A stretch of DNA of 64,000 nt from Candidatus Multivorans sp. (GTDB lineage Bacteria > Acidobacteriota > Thermoanaerobaculia > Multivoradales > Multivoraceae), in the NCBI GenBank assembly GCA_965247095.1, contig OZ251997.1, positions 4,448,001 to 4,512,000 of the forward strand. Direction: 5' to 3'. Below the pieces are notes generated by a model. The model had not been told where the DNA came from and did not search any database. It worked only from the letters and a program-made list of their open reading frames with translations. Position 1 is the first letter of the stretch. Each line of letters opens with the position of its first letter. Below, in pieces: positions 1-9,877 of the stretch. Made by a program: the position numbers and the translations under genes.

Positions 1-1168
1 GCCGGGGTTCGGCGCCGTCTCTGCCCGGAAGGTCGATCAGCGTCGGCGCGGCCGGGAAGTCGTAGTCCCAGAGGCCGTGGTGGACGGCCTGGAAGTGCCA
101 GAGCTTGTCGCCGGTCTCGACGTCGACCGCGACCAGGCTCTCCGAGTACAGGTTGTCGCCCGGCCGGTGGCCGCCGTAGTAGTCGTTCGTCGCGGTGCCG
201 ATGGGCAGGTAGACGATCCCGTGCTCGTTGTCGCCGGAGAGCATCGTCCACACGTTCGCGTTGCCGGAGTAGCGCCAGGACTCGTCGCCCCAGGTCTCGA
301 CCCCTTCGTCGCCCTCCTGCGGCACGGTACGGAACACCCAGCGCAACTCGCCGGTGCGCGCGTCCCAGCCGCGCACCCAGCCCGGGATCGACTCCTTGGT
401 GACCCGTCGGTCGGCGATCGAAGCGCCGGTGACGACGACGTCGCGGACCACGACCGGAGGCGACTGCATCGAGTAGAGGAGGGCGTTCAGGTAGTCCCGC
501 TCGCCGCGGTTGGCGCGCGGCAGACCCTCCATCAGGTCGACGCGGCCTCCGTCCCCGAACTCCTCGATCGGCCGCCCCGTCCGGGCATCGACCGAGATCA
601 GGTAGCCGTCCCCCGTGCCCCAGTAGACGCGGCTGTCCGCCTTGTCGCCCTCCTCGCCGTTGGTCCAGTAGGCGACGCCGCGCTGGTTCCAGACCACGGT
701 CATCGTGGTGGTGCCCTTCTCGTAGCTCTTCGGGTTGTAGGCCCAGACCGTCTCGCCGGTCGCCGGGTGAACCGCGGCGCCTATCGAGATCGGCGTGTTC
801 AGCAGCAGCAGACCGTCCTGCATCAGAGGCGTCGCCTTCAGGTTGCGGATGAAGGGGGCGCGCCCCGCACGCCAGAGCAGCGGATCCTCGTCGAGCAACT
901 GGTCGAAGATCAGGTCGCGGTTGGCGTACCACTCGCCGCCCGACTCCGTCTTGCTGAGAAATCCGTCGACCGAACGCCAGCGCCAGACGTTCTCCAACTG
1001 GCCGAAGTTGCCGGCGTCGATCTGGTCGAGCGGCGAGTACTTCGTCGATCCCACGTCGCCGCCGTAGCTCGGCCACTCGCCGGCCGGCGCGCCGTGTTGG
1101 CCGCCTGACGGCGCGGCCAGGAGACCGGCGCAGACGGCGGCGGCAGCGGCGATGCGGATCCTCGGCAT
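1..1168 (-). CDS. PQQ-dependent dehydrogenase, glucose/quinate type (3' part runs off the window start)
   Basis: Manual translation: signal peptide MPRIRIAAAAAVCAGLLAAP, then EWPSYGGDVGSTKYSPLDQI and NLYSESLVAVDVETGDKLWHFQAVHHGLWDYD; paralogous to 15450-17501. Confidence 0.85.
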   Translation of the reverse strand, partial: MPRIRIAAAAAVCAGLLAAPSGGQHGAPAGEWPSYGGDVGSTKYSPLDQIDAGNFGQLENVWRWRSVDGFLSKTESGGEWYANRDLIFDQLLDEDPLLWRAGRAPFIRNLKATPLMQDGLLLLNTPISIGAAVHPATGETVWAYNPKSYEKGTTTMTVVWNQRGVAYWTNGEEGDKADSRVYWGTGDGYLISVDARTGRPIEEFGDGGRVDLMEGLPRANRGERDYLNALLYSMQSPPVVVRDVVVTGASIADRRVTKESIPGWVRGWDARTGELRWVFRTVPQEGDEGVETWGDESWRYSGNANVWTMLSGDNEHGIVYLPIGTATNDYYGGHRPGDNLYSESLVAVDVETGDKLWHFQAVHHGLWDYDFPAAPTLIDLPGRDGAEPR

Positions 1169-1298
1169 GTTCCTGTCTCGGGTGTGGGCGGAAGGCGGTC
1201 GCCAATCGTACCTTCCGGCCCACTGGGTCCTGTGCCGGAGACGGGTTGAAGCCGGCGCCCGGCGCTAAGCTCGCCGGGGAACCGCACAGAGAGGACCG

Positions 1299-2498
1299 AT
1301 GGGGAAATCGCAGCAGTTGCGTGTGGGCATCGTCGGCGCCGGATTCCTGGCCGAGACCAGGGCGCGCTGCTGGAGGCAGGTGCGTTCCGCCGATGTCGCC
1401 GGCGTCGTCGCCCGACGCCGCGAACGAGCCGAGGCCTACGCGCAACGCTTCGACGTGCCGGCCGTGTTCGACGATCTCGACGCGATGCTCGAGAGCCCCT
1501 CGATCGATGTCGTCGACCTGTGCGTGCCGAACAGCCTTCACCGGGAGATGACCGAGGCCGCCGCGGCGGCCGGAAAGCACGTCATCTGCACCAAACCCCT
1601 GACCGCCTACACCGGCCAGGATCTGCCGGAGTCGGCCAGCGACGACGAAGTCGCCGGCCGGGATCGAGGCGAGATGCTGCGGGTTGCGGAGCGGGACGCG
1701 CGCGCGATGGTCGACGCCGCAAGGCAGGCGGGTGTGCAGCTCCTCTACGGCGAGAACTGGATCTACGCGCCGGCCTTCCGCCGCGCTCAGGCGTTGCTGG
1801 AACAGGCCGACGGCGTGCTCCTCGAGATGCGCGGCGGCGAGTGCCACAGCGGCTCCCACTCGCCCTACTCGCGGATTTGGCGCCACACCGGCGGCGGCGC
1901 CCTGATCCGGCTTGCCGCGCATCCGGTCGGCGCCATGCTGCACCTGAAGCGGGTCGAGGGCCTGCGCCGGCGCGGCAAGCCGGTGCGGCCGGCGTGGGTC
2001 AACGCCGAGACCGCCGATCTCAGCGCAGTCGCCGGTGTACCCAAAGAGGAATTGCGGATCGCGGGGGAATGGGGCGAGGTCGAGAACTGGGGCTGCGCTG
2101 TGATCGGCTTCGACGACGGTTCGCGCGCCGTCGCCTGGGGCGGCGACCACGTCCTCGGCGGCATGGAGAGCGGCCTCGACTTGTTCGCAAGCAATTGCCG
2201 GCTACGCCTCAACCTGAGCCCGAACGACATGCTCCGGGCCTACACGCCCGACGGCAGCGTCTTCGGCGACGCTTACATCATGGAGAAGATCGACTCGGGC
2301 GCCGGTTGGACTACGCCCATGCCGGACGAGGACTGGACCTCCGGCCAACTCGGCATGTGCCAGGCATTCGCTGCCGCGCTCCTGAACGGCGAGCCCGCCG
2401 AGTCCGACGGCGAACTGGGCCTGGAGGTCGTGCGGGTGCTGTATGCGGCCTACGTGGCGGCGGCGGAGGGGCGGAGGGTTGACTGTCGCGAAACCTAG
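1299..2498 (+). CDS. Gfo/Idh/MocA family oxidoreductase
   Basis: Rossmann VGIVGAG; HVICTKP (EKP variant). Confidence 0.88.
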   Translation: MGKSQQLRVGIVGAGFLAETRARCWRQVRSADVAGVVARRRERAEAYAQRFDVPAVFDDLDAMLESPSIDVVDLCVPNSLHREMTEAAAAAGKHVICTKPLTAYTGQDLPESASDDEVAGRDRGEMLRVAERDARAMVDAARQAGVQLLYGENWIYAPAFRRAQALLEQADGVLLEMRGGECHSGSHSPYSRIWRHTGGGALIRLAAHPVGAMLHLKRVEGLRRRGKPVRPAWVNAETADLSAVAGVPKEELRIAGEWGEVENWGCAVIGFDDGSRAVAWGGDHVLGGMESGLDLFASNCRLRLNLSPNDMLRAYTPDGSVFGDAYIMEKIDSGAGWTTPMPDEDWTSGQLGMCQAFAAALLNGEPAESDGELGLEVVRVLYAAYVAAAEGRRVDCRET

Positions 2499-2514
2499 CC
2501 ATATGGTTAGCTAG
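2479..2514 (+). promoter_or_regulatory. sigma70-like promoter with overlapping palindromic operator for phd-vapC
   Basis: TTGACT(2479)-N17-TATGGT(2502); imperfect inverted repeat CTAGCCAT/ATGGTTAG at 2495-2510. Confidence 0.55.
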
Positions 2515-2594
2515 ATTCGTTGGGTCGGGGGCGACGTCACTACAGCGCGACTTGAATCCGGTTCGAGCGCCCCTGCCACACCAGGAGCTATGCC

Positions 2595-2828
2595 ATGCAC
2601 GTTGTCAACGTCCATCAAGCCAAGACTCAACTCTCGCGACTGCTGGCGCAGGTCGAGGCAGGTGAGGATGTTGTCATCGCCCGCCGGGGTGAGCCCGTGG
2701 CGCGGCTCGTCGGCTGCAAGCCCGTAACCAAGCGCCAGCCGGATGTCCTCAAGGGCCGGGTTGTCGTTCCGGACAGCTTCTTCGACCCGTTGCCGGATGA
2801 GGAACTGGCAGCGTGGGAAGGCAAGTAA
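2595..2828 (+). CDS. Phd/YefM family antitoxin
   Basis: VNVHQAKTQLSRLL..GEDVVIARRGEPVARL; AGGAG RBS. Confidence 0.92.
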   Translation: MHVVNVHQAKTQLSRLLAQVEAGEDVVIARRGEPVARLVGCKPVTKRQPDVLKGRVVVPDSFFDPLPDEELAAWEGK

Positions 2829-2831
2829 GCA

Positions 2832-3218
2832 GTGCATGCCCTGTTGGACACCCATGCGTTGCTCTGGTGGGTTGCCGACAGCGGGCGCCTTTCCGAGACC
2901 GCGCGTCTCGTGATCGCGGACGACGCGAACGACATTTCCGTCAGTGCCGCTTCGGCCTGGGAGATCGCCACCAAGTACCGGCTGGGCAAGCTACCGGGAG
3001 GCGAGCGCGTTGCGGCTGATGTTGTCGGCTGCATAGGCAGCCAGGGCTTCAGGGAACTGGCGATCAGTGTCGCGGATGCTGAACGCGCCGGACGGTTGGC
3101 CGGACACCATCGTGATCCCTTTGATCGAATGCTCATAGCCCAGGCGTTGGCGCGCGACCTTCCGGTCGTCTCCATTGACCGGGCGTTTGACGCTTACGCT
3201 GTCGACCGTCTGTGGTGA
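2832..3218 (+). CDS. vapC: PIN-domain VapC toxin
   Basis: LLDTHALLWW, SAASAWEIATK, HRDPFDRMLIAQA. Confidence 0.92.
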   Translation: MHALLDTHALLWWVADSGRLSETARLVIADDANDISVSAASAWEIATKYRLGKLPGGERVAADVVGCIGSQGFRELAISVADAERAGRLAGHHRDPFDRMLIAQALARDLPVVSIDRAFDAYAVDRLW

Positions 3219-3228
3219 GGGACTTGAG

Positions 3229-3843
3229 ATGAGGAGAAACGACGTGACAAGGATGATCTGTTGGTTGGCAGTGCTGCTCATGAGCGCCGGCCCCGGCGTT
3301 GTCGGCGCCGAGGAGACGGTGGGCAAGAACCCGGGAAAGTTCAAGGGGCGGTGGCTGAAGGTCTACGACCGCGAGGCTCTCAAGTCATTCGAAGTGGTCG
3401 TCATTGGTGAGACGACGACGGATATCGCCTGGAAGAAGGCCAGCAATGAAGCGCCGTTGCAGGAGCGGGAACTGGATTCCCAGTTGCGGGAGCAACTCCT
3501 TGAGCGACTGAGCAACTTCGGGCTGTACCGGACGGTGCACTCTGAGCCGCAGGCGACGAACGAAGACAACTACATGCGGGTCGACTGTGAACTGGAAGTC
3601 GAGCCGGGCAGCCAGATGCTCCGGTACGCCGTGGGTGGAGGCGCCGGAAAGTCCAGATCTCTTCTCGAGTGTGAGTTCGTCGACCAGGCGAGCGGCCGGG
3701 TGCTGGCGCTGTACCACGGCTACGGCGCCGGTACGGGCCTCGGGTTCAAACTCGGCGGCGGCGGCGCCGCGAAGATGACGAAGGACGACAACCAGGAGAA
3801 CACGGCGAAGCTGGTTGAGCTCCTGAAACGCGTCGCTCGTTAG
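3229..3843 (+). CDS. secreted DUF4410-like protein
   Basis: Signal peptide; EPGSQMLRYAVGGGAGKS motif. Confidence 0.6.
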   Translation: MRRNDVTRMICWLAVLLMSAGPGVVGAEETVGKNPGKFKGRWLKVYDREALKSFEVVVIGETTTDIAWKKASNEAPLQERELDSQLREQLLERLSNFGLYRTVHSEPQATNEDNYMRVDCELEVEPGSQMLRYAVGGGAGKSRSLLECEFVDQASGRVLALYHGYGAGTGLGFKLGGGGAAKMTKDDNQENTAKLVELLKRVAR

Positions 3844-3933
3844 CGCCGGGGTAACCTACGCGCTTCTCCAACTCGGACCGGTGCAGTTGCATCGCGCCTG
3901 CAGCCGTTTCTACGCGATCACTCGGAGACAGCG

Positions 3934-4509
3934 ATGCGATTCAGCTACTGGCCCGCCCCCACGATGCCCTGGTCCGACCTGTTGGAGATGTCCCGGCACG
4001 TCGAAGCGACGGGATGGGACGGCATCTGGTACGCCGATCACTTCATGCCGAACGGCGAGGACACCTCGGCGCCGCTCGAGCCGAAGCCGGTGCAGAATCC
4101 GCTACCGCTGATGATCGGCGGCGGCGGCGAGAAGGTGACCCTGCGGATCACCGCCCAGCATGCGGACGAGTGGAACGTCTGGGGCACGGTCGACATTCTC
4201 AAGCACAAGATGGCGGTGCTCGACGCCCACTGCGAGAACGTGGGACGCGACCCGGCCGCGATCGAACGCTCGGCGGTGGCGTTGCTGTTCCTGAGCGACG
4301 ACGAGGCGTTCCTGGCGAAGGTGCGGGAGCGCGGCGCCGCGATGCCCGCGAACATCGGCGGCGTCTCGGAGATCGTCGACGCGGTCGGCGCCTACCGCGA
4401 AGCCGGCGTGCATGAGTTCATCGTGCCGGCGTTCAACCTGGGTGGAAAGGACCGGCAGAAGGAAGTCCTGGATCAGTTCATCGAAGAAGTTGCCCCTGGT
4501 TTCCGCTGA
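3934..4509 (+). pseudogene. LLM-class flavin/F420 oxidoreductase with large in-frame internal deletion
   Basis: GWDGIWYADHFMP is joined almost directly to LEPKPVQNPLPLMIGGGGEK; 191 aa, central region missing. Confidence 0.7.
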
Positions 4510-4640
4510 TCGCGGAGGAACGCACGGTCATCCCAGAAGAGGCGCGCCAGAACCGCCTACTACCCGTTCTGGTCCTCGAACAGCACATCTGAGCCGGAGG
4601 CAGCCCACCGCACGGCGGGGCGCCTGTGGCCCGGCAGCTT

Positions 4641-7172
4641 CTACGGGTAGTAGCCCGACATCGTCCGCACCTCGGCGCCGCGACGGTCCATCTCAACCCG
4701 CACCACGCGGAAGTCGCTGTCGGGTTTCGTGCTCGTCGACTGGTAAGTGAGAAGGTAGCGGTTCCGGAGTTCCCGTTCGATCTGGTCGTAAATCGCGTCG
4801 AGCTCGTCGACGTCTTCGATCAGGAACGCCTGCCCGCCGGTCTCTTCGGCGATGCGCTCCAGGACGCGTCGCGTGTTGCGGTCCCTGGCCGCGTGCTTGA
4901 GACCGATGGCGTAGATGGTCACGCCCGAGCGGTGCGCGGTCTCAAGTGCGCTCTCGAACGAGAAGGTGCTGTTCTCGTCCTTGCCGTCGGACAGGAGCAG
5001 GAGCGCCTTCTGGCCGCTGATGCCGTCGAAGTAGCTCAGCGAGTAGACGAGGCTGTCGTAGAGGGCGGTCGTCCCGACGGCTTCGAGACCCGCCAACGCC
5101 CGCTCAAGCTGGCCTAAGTCCTTGGTGAACCGGCTCTCGACCTGGGGACGGCTGGCGAAGGTGAGGACCGCCATCCGATCCTGGGGCTGGAGGGCCTTGT
5201 CCACAAAGCGCTGCGCCGCGGTCTGGACCTGCTCGATCGTGTCCTGCATCGAAGCCGACGTGTCGATCAAAAGGCCGGCGTGGAACGGCGTGTCGTCGAC
5301 CCACTCGAAGCGGCGGATGGTCTGTGCGGCGCCGTCCTCGGTGATCCGGAAGCGATCCTGTTCCAGGCCGGGGATCGGGCGTCCCCGGTCGTCGACCACG
5401 CTCGCGAACAGTTCGAGGTACTGGACGTTGATCCGTTCGATCGGATTCGGGCTGTTGATGAACACGACGTCCTCGGTGTTGCTGCCGTCGGCGAGGAAGG
5501 CGGCGGCGCGCAGGTACGTCAGGTTGGGTCCGTCGAGAACCACCGGCTGCACCCAGGGCGGCTGGTAGAGGGTCGCGATCCGTTCCTCCCCGAGGAACAG
5601 CTCCAGGCGGTCGATCTCCTCGCCGTCGGGCGTGGCGATCTCGACCACTGCCCGCGTGCTCTCAAGGAACTGCTCCCCGGGGCGCGGTTCGATGAAGCGG
5701 GCGCGGAAGCGCTGGCCACCGCGGTTGACGGACATCTCGTCCGACGCGACGACCTCGCCGTCCTTCAGACCGTCGACCCGGACCCGGTGTTCGGTCGGGT
5801 GGGATCCCAGGTTCAGTTCGACATCGAACGGGGGACGGCGCTTGCGCAGAATCTCGCGGCCGTCGAGCGAGAAGGCGACCGCGTCGAAGTCCCCGATCGC
5901 GTGGGTCGAGAAGCGGACCATCCCCACGCGCACCCGCTCGTCGCGCGGGGGCACCAGCCGCAGCAGGCGCTCGCCGCGGGCGGCGGCCGCGTTCGCCTCG
6001 GCCAGGGCCGGGAAGGTCTCGAGGATGCTCTTGCGCAACGACTGCCCGTCCTCCAGGTTCGGCACCGGGACCGTCTCGTCGACGATGGCGAACCGTTGGC
6101 CGAAGACATCCTCGATCTTGAGCCGGATCTGGACGTCGCCGGGTCGCAGATAGCGGGTGAAGACTAGTGGGATGGCGTCCGTGTCCTTGCCGTCGGCGGG
6201 CAGTTCGAACCGGTAGCGGAAGGTCTCGAAGAGATGATCGTCGCGGATCACCTCGCCGGTCATCTGGAAGCTGTGGTACTCGCGGTCCTGGAAGCTTTTG
6301 CGGCCGGCGGTCGCCGCAGGCACCAGGACCAGACCATGGCTCACGGTGCGGGTCTGGTTCCGGCCCGGGAATTCCCACCGCGTCTCGACGTCGAAGCGGG
6401 ACGCGGTGGCCGGGACCTCGGTGGTGAAAGAGGCGAAGGTGGCGAGCCACTCCTCCGGCGGCTCGGGCGGTGTGGAAACGTGCTCGATGACGGAGGCGCC
6501 AGCGAGGTCGTTCTGCAAGGTGCGGGCCGCCCAGGGCAGCCATTCGTCGGCGCACAGCACGGCGATGTTCGTGGTGGGCAGGCCGCGGCGCGACGCCGGC
6601 CGGCGCGCGGCGCTCTGATGCCAGAACGCGTAGGGGCGGTTACTGCTGGTGGCCAGGAAGATGACCACGAAGTGGCGCGGCGTGCGGTCGCTGCCGCCGT
6701 AGAACCAGATCTCCAGTTCGCTGCCGCGCGAGAGGCAGTACGAGGCGCTGCGCCCGTCGGGCAGGGTGAACCGTCCCGGCGGGCCGTTCAAGAGATAGAA
6801 GAGGGCGCGGGCGTCGTCGAGCGTGCCCCACTGACTGAGCGCGGCATCCACACGGTCCTCCCAGAGCACTTGGAGTTCGTTCAGCGGCGTCCTGGGGTCC
6901 GGATCGCGGGCCTTCCAGAAGGCCTGGATGAACGCTTCGCGCCGGTAGTCCTGGGGCAGGTTGACGAAGAGTTCCCGTTCCTCTTCGCTGATCAGCGGCC
7001 CGACGCGCTCCAGCCAGCGGACGAAGCGGGTATCGAGAGGCTGCGGCGGGGCGGCTTCCGGACCCGTCTCCGCAACCGGCGAGCGGCTGCCGGCAAAGGC
7101 CAGCAGCGACGCGGCGAGTGCTGCGGCGATCCTGAGGCGGGCGGTCATTGGCGTTGCGGTCATTGGCGTCAA
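4641..7172 (-). CDS. GWxTD-domain plus VWA-domain secreted protein
   Basis: FWKARDPDPRTPLNE..WGTLDDAR N-terminal domain; MIDAS DTSASM, TALYD, LLSDGKD. Confidence 0.8.
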   Translation of the reverse strand: MTPMTATPMTARLRIAAALAASLLAFAGSRSPVAETGPEAAPPQPLDTRFVRWLERVGPLISEEERELFVNLPQDYRREAFIQAFWKARDPDPRTPLNELQVLWEDRVDAALSQWGTLDDARALFYLLNGPPGRFTLPDGRSASYCLSRGSELEIWFYGGSDRTPRHFVVIFLATSSNRPYAFWHQSAARRPASRRGLPTTNIAVLCADEWLPWAARTLQNDLAGASVIEHVSTPPEPPEEWLATFASFTTEVPATASRFDVETRWEFPGRNQTRTVSHGLVLVPAATAGRKSFQDREYHSFQMTGEVIRDDHLFETFRYRFELPADGKDTDAIPLVFTRYLRPGDVQIRLKIEDVFGQRFAIVDETVPVPNLEDGQSLRKSILETFPALAEANAAAARGERLLRLVPPRDERVRVGMVRFSTHAIGDFDAVAFSLDGREILRKRRPPFDVELNLGSHPTEHRVRVDGLKDGEVVASDEMSVNRGGQRFRARFIEPRPGEQFLESTRAVVEIATPDGEEIDRLELFLGEERIATLYQPPWVQPVVLDGPNLTYLRAAAFLADGSNTEDVVFINSPNPIERINVQYLELFASVVDDRGRPIPGLEQDRFRITEDGAAQTIRRFEWVDDTPFHAGLLIDTSASMQDTIEQVQTAAQRFVDKALQPQDRMAVLTFASRPQVESRFTKDLGQLERALAGLEAVGTTALYDSLVYSLSYFDGISGQKALLLLSDGKDENSTFSFESALETAHRSGVTIYAIGLKHAARDRNTRRVLERIAEETGGQAFLIEDVDELDAIYDQIERELRNRYLLTYQSTSTKPDSDFRVVRVEMDRRGAEVRTMSGYYP

Positions 7173-7223
7173 CGGATCTCGACGGCCATTGTTTCCCTGG
7201 GATTGGATCGGGTTACCGGGGTG

Positions 7224-8039
7224 TCAGTGCCCCGAGCGGCCCCGCTTGCGCACTCGCCGCATGACCGAGACCACGACGGCCAACGCGAGCACAGAGGCGG
7301 TGAGAGCAAGATCCTGCCTCAGCCAGGGGCCGGCGCCCAGATCGCGGACGATCACCTGGTCGACCCAGCGCAGGAACAGGAAGGTCGCGGCGATCAGCAG
7401 CAGCGAGTTGTACTCCCGCAGCAGAACAGTTCGCCAACTGAAGCTCGTCTCGGGAGGTCGCCACAGGTGGGGACGGGGCCAGAACGTCGGCGTGCGCTCG
7501 GTCCAGCGGCGGTGGGTGACGCCGAATCGCTCGCCGAGGAAGCGTTCCTCGGCGGCGATCACACGTTCGTAGAGCAGCCAGTAGACCAGGGCGGCGGTGA
7601 GCACGAACCACCACGACTTGACCGCGAGCGCGAACCCGAGCAGCACGAACAGGTTGCCCAGGTAGACCGGGTGACGGCTGAGTGAGTACATGCCGGAGGT
7701 GTTCAGCAGGCTGGCGCTGGGGGCCCTCAGGCTGCGAGTCGAGGCCCCGGGTGGCGCCGATCCGACGGCGGCCGCCCGCACGGCCATGCCGACCAGGGAG
7801 ACCGTGAGGCACACCGCGAGCCAACCGAAGCCAGGGTCTGCCGGGAGCGCCGCCGATCGGCGTTCCAGTACCGCGAGCACGGCGGCGGGCAGCAGGAACA
7901 CGACGAACAGACTCCGGTGCCGGAACAGGAACAGGCCCTGATCCGCCAGCCGGCGGCTGAGGGGGCCGAAGCGGCGCCGCGATTCGAGTCGCGGCGGGGC
8001 GGTAGCGGGCGCCAAGCTCAGGCTGTCGCTGTCGTTCAT
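7224..8039 (-). CDS. ICMT-family methyltransferase (lipid A phosphate methyltransferase LmtA-like)
   Basis: LFRHRS, LNTSGMYSLSRHPVYLGN, EERFLGERFG, LLREYN; start MNDSDS overlaps the upstream stop. Confidence 0.75.
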   Translation of the reverse strand: MNDSDSLSLAPATAPPRLESRRRFGPLSRRLADQGLFLFRHRSLFVVFLLPAAVLAVLERRSAALPADPGFGWLAVCLTVSLVGMAVRAAAVGSAPPGASTRSLRAPSASLLNTSGMYSLSRHPVYLGNLFVLLGFALAVKSWWFVLTAALVYWLLYERVIAAEERFLGERFGVTHRRWTERTPTFWPRPHLWRPPETSFSWRTVLLREYNSLLLIAATFLFLRWVDQVIVRDLGAGPWLRQDLALTASVLALAVVVSVMRRVRKRGRSGH

Positions 8040-9751
8040 GGTTCCTGCAAACGGGAGGCCGCCACGCGTGCGGCGCCTTCCGGCGTGGTCAGCAGGAGAT
8101 GGCCCTCCAGTGGATCCTGGTCGCGGCTCACTTCGACGAGCGCGAGCGGTGGTTCCAGGTCGTCCAGGTCGTCCCGTTCGATGAGCAGCCACACCGGCTT
8201 GTCGGTGCGGGCCACGAACCGGCGGAGCGCTTCTTCGTCCCCCTGATCGTGGACCTGGGTGCCGCCGTGGAGGTCAACCGCGAAGCGCCGGGTGTAGAAC
8301 AGGAAGGCGGCATCGGGAAGAGGGTAGATCGCGTACGGCTCGTCGGGTTCCGCCCACTGGACGAGTTCGCGCGAGAGGGCGCGAGCGGACTTGAAGGCGT
8401 CGCCCAGAGGCAGTAGCCGCACTGCGGTGACCGACATGGCGAGTCCGAGGCCGGTGGCAAGGCAGGCTATCAGCAGATCGGGACGCCGCCGGGCCGCCAG
8501 CCACAGGCCCCCGAGGGAGGCCAGCAAGGGTAGCGCGGCAATCGCCTGGAGCTCGACGATGACGCCGTCGGGGAGCGAGCCGTCCGGCAGGTCGCGGGCC
8601 GCGACCGGCACCGCGGCGACCAGGGCGCCGAACAGCAAGGGCAGGATCCCTGCCGAAGCCAGCAAGGCCACCCGGTAGCGTGGCCAGTCGTCCCGGATCG
8701 CCAGTACGCCGTGGGCGGTGAGGATCGCCAGCGGCGCCGCGAGGGCCAGCAGGTACACCGTGCGTTTGCCGCTGGAGAGGCTGAAGAACACGAAGGTGCT
8801 GGCAATCCAGATCAGCAGGAAGCGGAACGCCTGCGCCCGGCGGCTCTCCGGCTCTGTGCGGGAGCGCCGGAAGGCGGCGTAGATCGCGACCGGGGCCAGC
8901 AGGATCCAGGGAGCGAAGGTCCCGGGCAGGGTCTGGAAGTAGTAGTGCCAGGGTTTCGGGTGGTAGGTGGCGCCGGCGTAGCGGGACAGGGTCTGGTCGA
9001 GCAGCAGGGCGTCGAAGTAGGACCGTCCGGCCAGCCACACCGCGGGGCCGAACCAGGCCAGGACGATGCCCGCCCAGAGCAGCAGGCCGCGCCCCAGTCG
9101 CAGCTCGCCGATCCCGGCGCGGTCGCGCTCGAAGGCCAGGAAGGCGGTCACCGCGAGCAGTGGCACGATCAGTCCGACCGGGCCCTTGGCGAGCGTGGCC
9201 AGACCCGCGCAGGCGAAGAACAGGAGGCTGGCGCGGCTCATGCTCGGACCGTCGTCCCCGGTTCGGAAGCGGGCCCGGGCCCAGAACAGGATCGCCAACA
9301 GTTCCAGGAACGTGAGCGTCATGTCGATCTGGCCGACCCGCGCGTTCCACATGACCAGGGCCGAGGTGCAGAAGATCGGCGCCGCGAGCCAGGCGGTTCT
9401 GCGGTCGAACAGACGGCCGGCGAGCACGAACACCACCAGCACCGAGCCCACCCCGGCGAGAAGAGACGGCAGCCGCGCCGCCACCTCGTCGACGCCGCCA
9501 CGCAGGGCGCCGAGAAGGGCCATGTTCCAGAAGTGGAGAGGCGGCTTGTGGGTATAGGTCACGCCGTTCAGCCGCGGCACCAGGAAGTGCTCGAGGGCGA
9601 GCGGCGGTGTGAGCATCTCCCGCGCGACTTCGGCGTAACGCGGCTCGTCCGGGTTCCAAAGGTCGCGGCTGCCGATGCCGGGCAGGAAGACGGCGAGCGC
9701 GGCCGCGGCGAGGACCAGGTACGGAAGCAGGCGGCGTCGCACGGATCGCAT
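8036..9751 (-). CDS. ArnT/GT39 family glycosyltransferase
   Basis: LWNPDEPRYAEVAREM, HKPPLHFW, LAKGPVG, GKRTVYLL; many TM segments. Confidence 0.88.
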   Translation of the reverse strand: MRSVRRRLLPYLVLAAAALAVFLPGIGSRDLWNPDEPRYAEVAREMLTPPLALEHFLVPRLNGVTYTHKPPLHFWNMALLGALRGGVDEVAARLPSLLAGVGSVLVVFVLAGRLFDRRTAWLAAPIFCTSALVMWNARVGQIDMTLTFLELLAILFWARARFRTGDDGPSMSRASLLFFACAGLATLAKGPVGLIVPLLAVTAFLAFERDRAGIGELRLGRGLLLWAGIVLAWFGPAVWLAGRSYFDALLLDQTLSRYAGATYHPKPWHYYFQTLPGTFAPWILLAPVAIYAAFRRSRTEPESRRAQAFRFLLIWIASTFVFFSLSSGKRTVYLLALAAPLAILTAHGVLAIRDDWPRYRVALLASAGILPLLFGALVAAVPVAARDLPDGSLPDGVIVELQAIAALPLLASLGGLWLAARRRPDLLIACLATGLGLAMSVTAVRLLPLGDAFKSARALSRELVQWAEPDEPYAIYPLPDAAFLFYTRRFAVDLHGGTQVHDQGDEEALRRFVARTDKPVWLLIERDDLDDLEPPLALVEVSRDQDPLEGHLLLTTPEGAARVAASRLQEP

Positions 9752-9877
9752 CCTGACATAGGCTTCCGCCGCCGTCGCCGGTCTGACCGCTCCCGCGCGC
9801 CGCGGCTTGCGGCGATAGGGTAGAGCGCTCCGTTCTACAAAGACGCCTGCTCCAGGGACAGGCGGAGGTACCTGCCG

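Noticed and set aside
77-1108. Long alternative ORFs (77-1108, 10951-12774, 15558-17669, 56133-58421 and similar)
   Set aside because: They are antisense or frame-shifted shadows of recognisable genes, expected at this GC content.
7139-7170. 15-bp duplication (TPMTA x2), and similarly the 9-bp repeat near 23516
   Set aside because: These are trivial slippage in signal-peptide N-regions.
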